In this document: in pieces, positions 17,708 through 25,741 of the stretch
How positions within the stretch are numbered: the first letter of the stretch is position 1
Layout: each line of letters begins with the position of its first letter
Virus record (IMG/VR): IMGVR_UViG_3300028832_000024
Direction: 5' to 3' (one strand)
Length of the DNA stretch: 45,708 nt
Source: a virus
Program-made: the position numbers and the translations under genes
Notes under the pieces: generated by a model
Databases searched by the model: none
What the model saw: only the letters and a program-made list of their open reading frames with translations
Told to the model about the DNA's origin: nothing

Positions 17708-17908
17708 TCACATTTTTTTGCAAAAAAGTTGCGTCCGGTCCACAATCCCCGGTTTCCAAACGACGGCCCCGGCCATCAATGCCCGTTCAAAGGCCGTGTC
17801 GGTTTCCCTGTGTTGGCCCAATTCAAACCAATGTTTGTATTTGGACCGCTTGACCATAACACGGCAAATCCCGTTCGGGTCCCGGGCAATATACGCGTTC
17901 ACTTTCAT
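17708..17908 (-). CDS. Hypothetical small protein (66 aa from ATG 17908)
   Basis: MKVNAYIARDPNG...; the ATG overlaps the upstream TGA as ATGA. Confidence 0.45.
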   Translation of the reverse strand: MKVNAYIARDPNGICRVMVKRSKYKHWFELGQHRETDTAFERALMAGAVVWKPGIVDRTQLFCKKM

Positions 17909-18084
17909 TTCTTTTTCGTCCTGTATTTTTCCGATTGGGCCTTTGCGATCTTGGTCGCCGGGGCGGTAAATTCCCATCCACGCGAAAACGTGTTATGCCG
18001 ATGAAAACCGACATTCCGGGCGGCGGCGGGGTCGCCCTTGAAATCCTGTAATTTCAAATTGGCCGCGTTTCTTTTCCTTGACAT
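17905..18084 (-). CDS. Hypothetical basic protein (59 aa)
   Basis: Hand-translated: MSRKRNAANLKLQDFKGDPAAARNVGFHRHNTFSRGWEFTAPATKIAKAQSEKYRTKKK. It fills an otherwise unexplained gap and is just below the track cut-off. Confidence 0.4.
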   Translation of the reverse strand: MSRKRNAANLKLQDFKGDPAAARNVGFHRHNTFSRGWEFTAPATKIAKAQSEKYRTKKK

Positions 18085-18085
18085 A

Positions 18086-18316
18086 TCAAAACAATTTTGG
18101 CGTGTGGTCTAACAACGACGCGTTCAGCGCGTCAAGTTCCTTTTCCAACCGCCGGGATTCTTCCAACAGTTCGGGTTTGCGGAACGTGAAGAAACGGCGT
18201 TGCGTGTGGCGGACGTGGGCCACAAACTGAACGTATTCCCGGGCCTGTTCGGGCGTTATTTTATCCAAATTTTGGATTTGCGGGCATTTCGGCGTTTCCA
18301 TAAGGTATTTATCCAT
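18086..18316 (-). CDS. Hypothetical protein (76 aa)
   Basis: ATG ORF, co-directional; no motif recognised. Confidence 0.5.
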   Translation of the reverse strand: MDKYLMETPKCPQIQNLDKITPEQAREYVQFVAHVRHTQRRFFTFRKPELLEESRRLEKELDALNASLLDHTPKLF

Positions 18317-18578
18317 TTTTCTTTTTCGTTCGCTTTACGGGCTTCTTTTTGGCCTTGTCGGGTATGGTCGTTTTTCGTGGCCGTCCTCTTTTCTTTTTTG
18401 GGTGCAATATTTCTTGGACCATATTCGGGACCGCTTCCGATCCGGCCTTGCACCAAAAGAACGTCGCCGTTCCCGTCCTGTAAAAGTGTTCGCACGATCG
18501 GCAAGCCGGGGAATCAATGTCGGTTTTCTTTCCGAACGGACACGGCGTCGTAATGGTCGTGAAAATCTTTGTTGGCAT
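18309..18578 (-). CDS. Zinc-ribbon protein with AT-hook-like basic tail
   Basis: CPFG...CRSC...C cysteines followed by KKKRGRPRKTTIPDKAKKKPVKRTKKK (GRP core of an AT-hook). Confidence 0.45.
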   Translation of the reverse strand: MPTKIFTTITTPCPFGKKTDIDSPACRSCEHFYRTGTATFFWCKAGSEAVPNMVQEILHPKKKRGRPRKTTIPDKAKKKPVKRTKKKNG

Positions 18579-18579
18579 A

Positions 18580-19140
18580 TCAAAACAATTTTTGGTATTC
18601 CCGTTCGGGCAAATTGGCCTTTACCCATTTGGGATTATTGACCAACGCCCAACGCCCAAAGTGCATTATTAACAGGGCGTCAGCATTCCATAACGTCGCC
18701 TTTATTTCGGGGTACAGTTGCGCGGCCTTATCGCAATAACGCCGTTTCCTGTCGGCCTTTTCTTCGTGTTGGCCGCGAACCCTCAATTTCAATTTGGTTT
18801 GCCACGAAAGCGGGTGAACTAATACATACGGAACGCCCGCCGTTTCAATGATCGCCTTTAAATGTTCGTAATTGGCGATCATCTTTTGAACGCGGTACAA
18901 CTTACCCATATTCGTTTTACCGCCGTCGGCCTGTATATCGTCGGGACGTACCGACAGTTTTTCAAGAAAAACGATCGGTTTGTAGTTTTCCGCGTAATAC
19001 AGGAAGAAATCCCGCAATTCGGTTATATCTTTCGGCATTTTAACGGCCTTTGTCTTTTCGTTCGGGATATAAACGGCAAGTCCGCCCGCCGCGCCCGGAT
19101 CAACGCCGATAACGCAATTTATTTTAATCTTGTTTTCCAT
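18580..19140 (-). CDS. RuvC-fold Holliday junction resolvase (putative)
   Basis: IGVDPGAAGGLAVY (first catalytic Asp), FLEK (Glu) and NADALLIMHFG (C-terminal Asp), as in phage RuvC-like resolvases. Confidence 0.6.
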   Translation of the reverse strand: MENKIKINCVIGVDPGAAGGLAVYIPNEKTKAVKMPKDITELRDFFLYYAENYKPIVFLEKLSVRPDDIQADGGKTNMGKLYRVQKMIANYEHLKAIIETAGVPYVLVHPLSWQTKLKLRVRGQHEEKADRKRRYCDKAAQLYPEIKATLWNADALLIMHFGRWALVNNPKWVKANLPEREYQKLF

Positions 19141-19141
19141 T

Positions 19142-19816
19142 TTAGAAAAGGATCAAATTCGGTTGTACTTTATAACTTGCATCATATCGCACGTTGTCGC
19201 CTTTGGGATACGGCAAAACGGGATATTTCAACGCTTTCTTCATTTTGTTTTTTTCTCTTTTGTTTCCAATGAAATAGAAATAGCGATATTTCAACGTCCG
19301 TTCCTTTATTTCAAATTCAATTCCCTTTTCCTTTGCGCTATTGATCCCGCCGTAATCGTCTAACGCGTGGCGTGAATGCTTGTTATCAAATCCCGGCAAA
19401 CTGTATTCAATATGCGGTTTCGTCATTCCTGTATAAATCCAATTCGTCGCTTGATAAATATACCCGTGATGGTTCATTCCGCTATCAGCATAAGAAACAA
19501 TTACTTTCGGCGAACCATTATTCAGCATTCGCAAACATTGACCAACAAAGAAAGACAAAGTATTTTTCGGCAATCCGTCGTTTACACACAAACGGTTCAA
19601 TTCAAAAAATATATCTTTATATTCTTCGCCCAACGCGCCGACAACAAGCGACGGCGACGCGGGAACCCCAAAAGAACAAACGCCGATCAGTTCTTTATCA
19701 TCGTATAGGCCAAAAGCATAAACAATATTTGGCAACCGCCGGGCATAATGTTTATATAAAAACCATTCTTTCGTTTCGGACGGATCAATCGCCAAAACGT
19801 GTATAGTCGTTTTCAT
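19142..19816 (-). CDS. Mom-like GNAT-fold DNA-modification protein (putative)
   Basis: FLYKHYARRLP...FGLY...LIGVCSFGVP...ELNRLCV...PKNTLSFFVGQCL...VIVSYADSGMNHHGYIYQATNWIYTG matches, from memory, the conserved core of Mom-family (adenine methylcarbamoylation) acyltransferase-like proteins. Needs an HMM check. Confidence 0.45.
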   Translation of the reverse strand: MKTTIHVLAIDPSETKEWFLYKHYARRLPNIVYAFGLYDDKELIGVCSFGVPASPSLVVGALGEEYKDIFFELNRLCVNDGLPKNTLSFFVGQCLRMLNNGSPKVIVSYADSGMNHHGYIYQATNWIYTGMTKPHIEYSLPGFDNKHSRHALDDYGGINSAKEKGIEFEIKERTLKYRYFYFIGNKREKNKMKKALKYPVLPYPKGDNVRYDASYKVQPNLILF

Positions 19817-20703
19817 TATTTGACAATTTCTTTAACGCTTTTCCCCTGTTCAATCAGTCCCGAAAAGATATTTCCCAACGCTTTATGCCGGGCCAAAACG
19901 AACGATCCGTGTTCCAATCGCGGGTCGTTAATCCCGTTTTGCTTCAATTCGTTTACGTCCCCGACCATTCCACGCCGGGCAAAATCGTTGATCGTTCGTT
20001 GCCATACCTGTTTTTGTTCTTCCGGGGTTACGTTTACAGGAACGACCAACCCGTGTTCCGAAAGGATATTCCAAAAAACCAAATCAGTTACCGCCGACGT
20101 ATTCAACCGGCCCGTTTCCCGGAAATCGTCAAACGCTTCGTACAACTCTTTGATCGCTTCGTTGCGATATTCCTGTTTCTTGTCGTCGCCCGGCTTTAAT
20201 TCCGGCGTTTCAACGGCGTCAAACGCCTTTTTAAGCACGGCCCCCCGGCGCATCATATACGCGTCAAGGATTTTGCAAACATATTCGGCGTTGAATTGCT
20301 GATAATGGCCCCGATCGGCCTTTCCGTCCCGGGTACGTGGTAAGTATTCGTCCAATTGGCCGGTTATTGACATTTCAAAGGCCATTCGGAAATCCTTTAA
20401 CGTCAAGTTGGAATAATACCTTTTCAGTATTTCGGCCGTCCGGATTATCAAATATTGGGAATCCGCTTCGTCTTGCACCCTATAACCAACGTCTTTGCAA
20501 ATCCATTTCAAAGCGGTCCGCAATTCGGACGTCAATTCGGCCGGGGTAATTTCGGCGATCGTCTTTGCCGTGGACGCAAGGAACACGGCCCGTTCAACCG
20601 GGGTTAACGCGCCCATAACTGTTGCGTTCCCGACCATTTCCCGGCGCAATGCAACCGGCGATTTCTTGACCGTCGCAACGGCCGTTTCGTTACTGTATTG
20701 CAT
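19816..20703 (-). CDS. Hypothetical replication-module protein (295 aa)
   Basis: ATG ORF downstream of the initiator; no motif recognised. Confidence 0.5.
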   Translation of the reverse strand: MQYSNETAVATVKKSPVALRREMVGNATVMGALTPVERAVFLASTAKTIAEITPAELTSELRTALKWICKDVGYRVQDEADSQYLIIRTAEILKRYYSNLTLKDFRMAFEMSITGQLDEYLPRTRDGKADRGHYQQFNAEYVCKILDAYMMRRGAVLKKAFDAVETPELKPGDDKKQEYRNEAIKELYEAFDDFRETGRLNTSAVTDLVFWNILSEHGLVVPVNVTPEEQKQVWQRTINDFARRGMVGDVNELKQNGINDPRLEHGSFVLARHKALGNIFSGLIEQGKSVKEIVK

Positions 20704-21481
20704 CGCCCATTTCGGTTAAATATTTGATCGCGTCCAATGACAGGCCCGCGCCGCTTGCGCCGTCTTTCCTGTGTAACTTTCCCTTTTCAATATCGCCACG
20801 GATAAAGTTACGGGCCGTTGCAATCCAATCTTTCATTTTCTTGCCCTTTTGCGCCGACCAATCCGCGACGGCGTGGAAATAATACACGATATCCACGTCA
20901 GCGAATTCGGGGGCCTTGAATTCGGCCGCGAATGTATTGAAATCAGCGAACCGCGAATTTTCGAACAGGCAAAGCGATTCGGACGTACGGCGCGGGCGCG
21001 TAACGGTTACAGGAACAAACGACGGATCGGCGGGGAACAAACCGCCGTCGGCGGTATCTTCTATTTTATCGTTAGAATTATCTATCTTATTATTATTCGT
21101 TGCCGTTTCAGCAATACCCCCCGTTGCTATTTCAGCAACGCCCCCGTTGTTGTTTTGATAACGCCCCGTTGCTATTTCAGCAACGCCGTATCTTTTTGCA
21201 ACATAAGTGCAAAACTTGACGCCCGAAAAGAAGATTTCCCGTTTTTCGATCAGTCCACGTTCGATAAGGCGATCAATAATTTTTTTCGCGTTTTGCTTCG
21301 TTACATTCAGCGCGGAAGCGACGTAATTTAACGAACCACGGAATTCGGTTTCGTCGTCCTGTGTAAAACCGTATATCAGCGAATAGCACAAAAGTTCGTT
21401 ACCCGATAATCCAATTTCAACGATTGCGAATCCGGGAACGGTTATATAGTTGTCTATCTTAAATTTGCGTGGTTGTTCCAT
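20690..21481 (-). CDS. Replication initiator / replisome-organiser-like winged-helix protein (putative)
   Basis: Winged-helix-like LNYVASALNVTKQNAKKIIDRLIERGLIEKRE. The gene contains an internal AT-rich tract and iterated palindromes. Start taken at ATG 21481 (MEQPRKF...). The track ORF extends to GTG 21538 through a terminator-like hairpin. Confidence 0.5.
   Translation of the reverse strand: MEQPRKFKIDNYITVPGFAIVEIGLSGNELLCYSLIYGFTQDDETEFRGSLNYVASALNVTKQNAKKIIDRLIERGLIEKREIFFSGVKFCTYVAKRYGVAEIATGRYQNNNGGVAEIATGGIAETATNNNKIDNSNDKIEDTADGGLFPADPSFVPVTVTRPRRTSESLCLFENSRFADFNTFAAEFKAPEFADVDIVYYFHAVADWSAQKGKKMKDWIATARNFIRGDIEKGKLHRKDGASGAGLSLDAIKYLTEMGDAIQ
21099..21187 (-). repeat. Three iterated palindromic boxes (GTTGCT-ATTTC-AGCAAC) inside the initiator gene, next to an AT-rich tract: candidate replication origin
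   Basis: An exact 24-mer ccccgttgctatttcagcaacgcc occurs at 21119..21142 and 21164..21187, with a degenerate copy at 21099..21115. The AT-rich tract ttctattttatcgttagaattatctatcttattattatt lies at 21058..21097. Confidence 0.55.
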
Positions 21482-21484
21482 AAC

Positions 21485-21574
21485 AAAAAAACGCCCGTGG
21501 CTTTCCTTTGGTTGTGGCTGAAACCATTGTACTTGCACACGGGCATTATATTTCCCTTTTAACGTTCAGCCACA
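21485..21574 (-). promoter_or_regulatory. Structured leader with interleaved helices and a terminator-like hairpin plus T7 abutting the initiator start codon
   Basis: RNA sense: TGTGGCTGAA (21565..21574 rc) ... GCCCGTG (21538..21544 rc) ... TTCAGCCACA (21513..21522 rc) ... CACGGGC (21493..21499 rc) TTTTTTT (21485..21491 rc). Elements 1:3 pair over 10 bp and 2:4 over 7 bp in an interleaved arrangement. Confidence 0.5.
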
Positions 21575-21587
21575 AACGTTGTTAGTG

Positions 21588-21618
21588 CAAAGATAGGAAT
21601 TATAATTCAATTCCAAAA
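21588..21618 (-). promoter_or_regulatory. Promoter P-E (overlaps the 3' end of the PAPS-reductase-like gene)
   Basis: Minus strand TTTTGGAAT (ccaaaa at 21613..21618), 18-nt spacer, TATCTTTG (21588..21595). The extended -33 is the same as in P-A to P-D. Confidence 0.5.
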
Positions 21619-22421
21619 TATTCTTCTAAAAATTTTTTCGCGTCGGGCATTTCGAACAATCCTTGCGACATTATTTGTTTTGGGTCCCGATCGAAAAACA
21701 GGTCAGCCGCGAATTTCTTGTAAACGTCGCCCCTAAATAATTGCGCCCCCGCCGAATTGGGTTTGTTATTGTAGAACTCTTTACACGCGTTCAATTGGGA
21801 TTTAAATACATAAGGATATTTTTTGTATTGTTCCCGACGCAATTTCGCCGATGCAAGCGGGCAACCGATACAACCCAAACGACGTTCAACGTGGAATTGC
21901 CCACCCCCGTCGTAATATATTGGCGCACAACGTATTGAACGGTCCTTAATGAACGTTGCCACGTCGTCGTCGGTCCATTCCAATATCGGCAAATATATTC
22001 GGGCCTTTTCGGTTTTTGAATAGGTACGGCAAATTTCGGGTTCCTTATATAGTTTCGCCCTCTTTGTTGATTCCGCGCGGCGAATTCCCTGTATTGCCCG
22101 ATCGTGTATCTTATATTCTTTCAAGATTTCGCAACAAAAACGGGTAAACCTTGACGGGAAGCCCTTTTGTCGTACTATTTCAAGAAACGACATTTTCGGT
22201 TGTATGATCTTGACGCCCTGTTCCCGACAATGGGCCAACGTTCCGGGCGGATCAATGGTCGTATTCTTGTATATCGGTTCGAACGGGATTCCCGACATTC
22301 GCGCCAATTCCAATATTACGTCCGAATCTTTACCACCCGAATACGATAATTCGATCGGCCCGTCCTGTGGAATGGATTGCAATAACTTGATTGCAAAATC
22401 AATCTTTCGCGTCAGTTCCAT
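21600..22421 (-). CDS. PAPS reductase / PP-loop ATP pyrophosphatase family protein
   Basis: PP-loop SYSGGKDS near the N-terminus and Cys clusters FCCEILK and GCIGCP. The length and motif order fit the phosphoadenosine-phosphosulfate-reductase-like family common in phages. Confidence 0.75.
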   Translation of the reverse strand: MELTRKIDFAIKLLQSIPQDGPIELSYSGGKDSDVILELARMSGIPFEPIYKNTTIDPPGTLAHCREQGVKIIQPKMSFLEIVRQKGFPSRFTRFCCEILKEYKIHDRAIQGIRRAESTKRAKLYKEPEICRTYSKTEKARIYLPILEWTDDDVATFIKDRSIRCAPIYYDGGGQFHVERRLGCIGCPLASAKLRREQYKKYPYVFKSQLNACKEFYNNKPNSAGAQLFRGDVYKKFAADLFFDRDPKQIMSQGLFEMPDAKKFLEEYFGIEL

Positions 22422-23142
22422 TTCGCTTTGTTTCTAATAGTAACGATAAATTTTGTTCGGGGGCCATTGCCCGTTTAATTTCGGCGATCCTGTTATCGTT
22501 GGCAACCAACGAAACGACAGGATAACGCGAATTGACGCCCGGTTTGTTGCTTTTGGCAAACTGTACGGAAAGATCGAACACGGTTTGCGTTACGGTCCCG
22601 CGCATCAAACGAACGCCGTCGAACGATTCGCGTATATTCTTGACGCTTGACGCCTTGCCCTTTGTAGAGAATTGCCAAACGCCGACGATCCCACGGACGG
22701 CGGGAACAATGAACCGCAACGTTAGCACAATATCCCAATTTTCCGCGCCCCGTTTCGTCGGGTTGTTCCGTTCGATTTGGGCCATTATATCGGGGTATGC
22801 GTCCACGCTATAAGGGGCGTATCTTTCGCCGTTCCAAATTTCGAACGTTTGGCCGTCGCCCCGCGCAACTAACGCGCCCTTATCGTCGCGGTATTCGTAC
22901 CGTTCGTTGCAAACCTTTTCGGGCGCATCGTCGGGGAAAATTACCTGTATCGTTTGGGGCTTTTCGCCCAACGCGGCGGTAAACATTCCCGCGTACTTTC
23001 CCGACGGGATAAAGTAATCAACGCTAACGGGGTATTCCTTTCCGTTTTGCGTGGCCTGTTTCTTGCCGATATGCAACCGCCCAATTTCGGGTAGTTCTAA
23101 AATGCCGTTGGCCTGTTCGGGCCTGTGTATTCTTCCGCCCAT
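22399..23142 (-). CDS. Hypothetical protein next to the exonuclease (candidate recombination partner)
   Basis: 247 aa, immediately downstream of the PD-(D/E)XK nuclease. N-terminal IGRLHIGKK...PVSVDYFIP pattern. The role is inferred from synteny only. Confidence 0.3.
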   Translation of the reverse strand: MGGRIHRPEQANGILELPEIGRLHIGKKQATQNGKEYPVSVDYFIPSGKYAGMFTAALGEKPQTIQVIFPDDAPEKVCNERYEYRDDKGALVARGDGQTFEIWNGERYAPYSVDAYPDIMAQIERNNPTKRGAENWDIVLTLRFIVPAVRGIVGVWQFSTKGKASSVKNIRESFDGVRLMRGTVTQTVFDLSVQFAKSNKPGVNSRYPVVSLVANDNRIAEIKRAMAPEQNLSLLLETKRNGTDAKD

Positions 23143-23145
23143 AAA

Positions 23146-24384
23146 CTAAATTTCGATTTCGTCAAACAACAAGTTTTGCTTTTCGGGTTCGGGATCGGGC
23201 GCGGGTGCAACAGGCACAACGGGGGCCGATTCGTTTTCCCACGGTAATTTTTCCTCAATTTCCGTTTTAACGGCCTTTTCGGGTTCGGACGTGGTATTTA
23301 TCGGTTCGGCCTTTTTCGTGCGTTTTGCGGGCTTCTTTGGGGCTTCCGTGGGCTTTTCCGCTTCCGTCGCCGTTCCCGCCTTTTCGGGCGTTTCCTTTTC
23401 GTTCGCTTTCGTCTTGATCAGTTCGGCCAAAGACAGGGACAAAATATTGTCGGTAATCTTTCCGTTGTCAAGATCCAAAACGCCCTTAACAATCGTCATT
23501 GTGTTGTCGCGTTTTTCGTCCTCAATCGTCGCAAGCGCCAACAGGTACGGCAATTTCTTTGCGTTTACGCTTTCCGTTTGATCTTTCAAATTGTACGTCG
23601 GTTTCGGCCCGCGCCAATCTTTCGGGGAAAAGTTGAACACGCGTTCCACGGGTACGTCGGGAAAGTTCACATTCCACATTTCGCGGTAAAGATGCAATTG
23701 CAATTCGTGTTCTTCGAAAAACCCTTTTCGGCCCGATTTGAAATCAACAATTGCCGTGTATTTCTTTCCCGTTTTCGGTTCAGTCATTACGCAAGGCATA
23801 TCCACGCAACCCGCGAAATGGAATTCGGGGTGTACCAAACCGATTTCGACGGCCAACGGGACGACGTTATAATCCCGCACGAATTGGGCGAACGCCAAAA
23901 CGTCCTTTCGGATCTTAACGCACCATTCCGAAAAAACTTTTTCGGGCAAGTTTTCCCGTTCCATATAGTCCAACAGTACGGCGGGGACGTTATCGAAATC
24001 GTACCGCCTGTTTATGATCAGCGTTTCAAACTGAATGTGCATAAACGTACCGTACGCGGCCGCAAGATCGCGTTTTTCAGTTGATCCGTCCTTGCCATTT
24101 GCCACGATCCAATCCAACAGGGCGGGCGGCGTCGGCATTACCTGTTTTAATAGCGTCGTAACGGACGGGTAGAATTCGGGTTCGCCCGATTCATTGAAAC
24201 GGTAATAATACCTGTGATTATCGCCGTTCAACTGATAAACCCTATAAGGGGGTTCCCGTAACGCGGTTTTGTCAAAGTACAACGACCGAATTTCTTCGAC
24301 GGTCATTCCGGGGAAAATTTCTTTTTCCTTTTCGGGTTCAGCGATCGTGGCCAACGCCGGATCAATTTCTTTCGTGTCTTTCAT
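23146..24384 (-). CDS. PD-(D/E)XK (RecB/YqaJ/Cas4-like) exonuclease with low-complexity acidic C-terminal tail
   Basis: Motif order GTFMHIQFE, FAGCVDM, AIVDFKSG, QLHLY fits the D...(D/E)xK...Q..Y nuclease core. It is followed by a P/E/K/A-rich linker and the terminal LLFDEIEI. Confidence 0.65.
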   Translation of the reverse strand: MKDTKEIDPALATIAEPEKEKEIFPGMTVEEIRSLYFDKTALREPPYRVYQLNGDNHRYYYRFNESGEPEFYPSVTTLLKQVMPTPPALLDWIVANGKDGSTEKRDLAAAYGTFMHIQFETLIINRRYDFDNVPAVLLDYMERENLPEKVFSEWCVKIRKDVLAFAQFVRDYNVVPLAVEIGLVHPEFHFAGCVDMPCVMTEPKTGKKYTAIVDFKSGRKGFFEEHELQLHLYREMWNVNFPDVPVERVFNFSPKDWRGPKPTYNLKDQTESVNAKKLPYLLALATIEDEKRDNTMTIVKGVLDLDNGKITDNILSLSLAELIKTKANEKETPEKAGTATEAEKPTEAPKKPAKRTKKAEPINTTSEPEKAVKTEIEEKLPWENESAPVVPVAPAPDPEPEKQNLLFDEIEI

Positions 24385-24403
24385 CGTATCGCCTGTTTAA
24401 GAA

Positions 24404-24565
24404 TTACTTTCCTTTGTTCTCTTTGTAGTCGTGCCAAAACAACCCCGCCATTACAACGGAAATGGCCAACGTAATAAAGTGGGACGGATTCCAAAAGATT
24501 GCAAGCAAGCAAAGCCCCGCCACAACGGACCAAACAATGGCCCAAAAAAGATTTACTTTTTCCAT
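24404..24565 (-). CDS. Small membrane protein (53 aa, two hydrophobic helices)
   Basis: Hand-translated: MEKVNLFWAIVWSVVAGLCLLAIFWNPSHFITLAISVVMAGLFWHDYKENKGK. It fills the gap between the HTH and exonuclease genes and is below the track cut-off. Confidence 0.45.
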   Translation of the reverse strand: MEKVNLFWAIVWSVVAGLCLLAIFWNPSHFITLAISVVMAGLFWHDYKENKGK

Positions 24566-24593
24566 AATTTTTATTTTACTTTTTGGCGGTTTT

Positions 24594-24824
24594 TTATTCG
24601 TTGGAAAGCCCGAAAAGGAAATCGGCGGAACAACCTGTCATTTCGCAAATGATATTAACCCATTCGGGATTGATTCGGGCCGTTACGCCATTACATAACG
24701 ACGTCATATTCACTTGTTGCGCAACGGTCGTGGAATCGGGCCACAATCGGGCCGCGATATCCTTTTTCAAAACCTTTTTGCCCTGTTCTTTGGCGCGGGC
24801 GATCGCCTGTTCAATTCGCATCAT
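24594..24824 (-). CDS. XRE/Cro-type helix-turn-helix transcriptional regulator
   Basis: KKDIAARLW...VAQQVN...ICEMTGCSADFLFGLSNE is typical of an HTH_3 C-terminus. Early position behind P-B. Confidence 0.6.
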   Translation of the reverse strand: MMRIEQAIARAKEQGKKVLKKDIAARLWPDSTTVAQQVNMTSLCNGVTARINPEWVNIICEMTGCSADFLFGLSNE

Positions 24825-25264
24825 AATTCGTTTTTGCTTTTAATAATTTCGCCACAAATCGGGCAATGATATACGTAATAATCAATAACGTAGGAATTCG
24901 GCGTATAATAATCGCCGTCTTTCAGTTCGTGGCCGATCGTTTCGTTGAATTTCAGTTCCCCGCCACATTTCGGGCAATCGCCGTTCCCCCTAATAGTAAG
25001 GCCACAAAAGGCGTCAAACACGTCGGCCGTAATGGAATGGGATTCGTCCCCGTACAGGAATTTCGACAAAACGGCGCATACGTCCGAAACATATTGCGGG
25101 CCGGTGGCGATCAGCACGGATTCGCCCCAATTGTCGGGCGTGTCCTCAATCATTCCCGCGTCAATAAACCTTTTGCAAAGGTTTTCAGCAACCATATTAA
25201 GATCAACAGGGCCGATAATTTCGGACGCGATTCGTTGTAAGTTTTCGTCAATCTTGAATTTCAT
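24821..25264 (-). CDS. Hypothetical protein with C-terminal zinc ribbon
   Basis: CPKCGG...(30 aa)...CPICGE pair of CxxC knuckles. Confidence 0.5.
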   Translation of the reverse strand: MKFKIDENLQRIASEIIGPVDLNMVAENLCKRFIDAGMIEDTPDNWGESVLIATGPQYVSDVCAVLSKFLYGDESHSITADVFDAFCGLTIRGNGDCPKCGGELKFNETIGHELKDGDYYTPNSYVIDYYVYHCPICGEIIKSKNEL

Positions 25265-25268
25265 AACC

Positions 25269-25466
25269 TTAAATCAAATGTTGTTCTCTTACACACAAAT
25301 AACCGGCGTCGCCATATACCCAATATTTCACGATAGGGCGTCCGCTTGTTCCGATAGTAAGTTCCATTCGAACAACCTTGCCCGACGCGATAGACGGATT
25401 TTCACTATTACGCGGATATTTGAATTTCACGACGTCGCCGATTCCGTATTTGGTTTTAATTTCCAT
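25269..25466 (-). CDS. Hypothetical small protein (65 aa), first gene behind P-B
   Basis: ATG ORF 17 nt after the conserved leader. Confidence 0.5.
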   Translation of the reverse strand: MEIKTKYGIGDVVKFKYPRNSENPSIASGKVVRMELTIGTSGRPIVKYWVYGDAGYLCVREQHLI

Positions 25467-25483
25467 ATTGCTTTGTTTTTATT

Positions 25484-25559
25484 CGGGAACCCGCCCGATC
25501 GGTTGGATTCTTCCCCGAATCCACAGGCAAAGTTAGTAATTAATTTTTAACTACCAAAA
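25484..25559 (-). promoter_or_regulatory. Promoter P-B with two-hairpin leader
   Basis: Minus strand TTTTGG (25554..25559), 19-nt spacer, TAACTTTG (25528..25535), then hairpins GGATTCGGGGAAGAATCC and CGATCGGGCGGGTTCCCG. Confidence 0.6.
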
Positions 25560-25741
25560 TTTTTTCCATGATTTTTATAACTTTTTTTGTGCGCCCTGTT
25601 TGGTGGGCGTCAAAATAGGCATTTTCCAACCAACTTATTTTGTCGGAATTTTCGATTTAAGACACTTTCGGCGTTCGGACGATACCTATTTCATTTTCGG
25701 AAAGAAACGCGCTATACGGGCCGTTTTGCGGGCCAAACGGA

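Noticed and set aside
21482-21538. N-terminal extension of the initiator from GTG 21538 (MQVQWFQPQPKESHGRFFV...)
   Set aside because: The extension would be encoded by the terminator-like hairpin and U-tract. An ATG with a typical A/T-rich upstream context lies at 21481. It remains an alternative and is noted in the finding.
24594-24824. Lysogeny module (repressor plus integrase)
   Set aside because: Only a small XRE-type HTH is present. No tyrosine or serine recombinase, excisionase or attP-like feature was found anywhere in the closed genome, so a temperate lifestyle is not supported.
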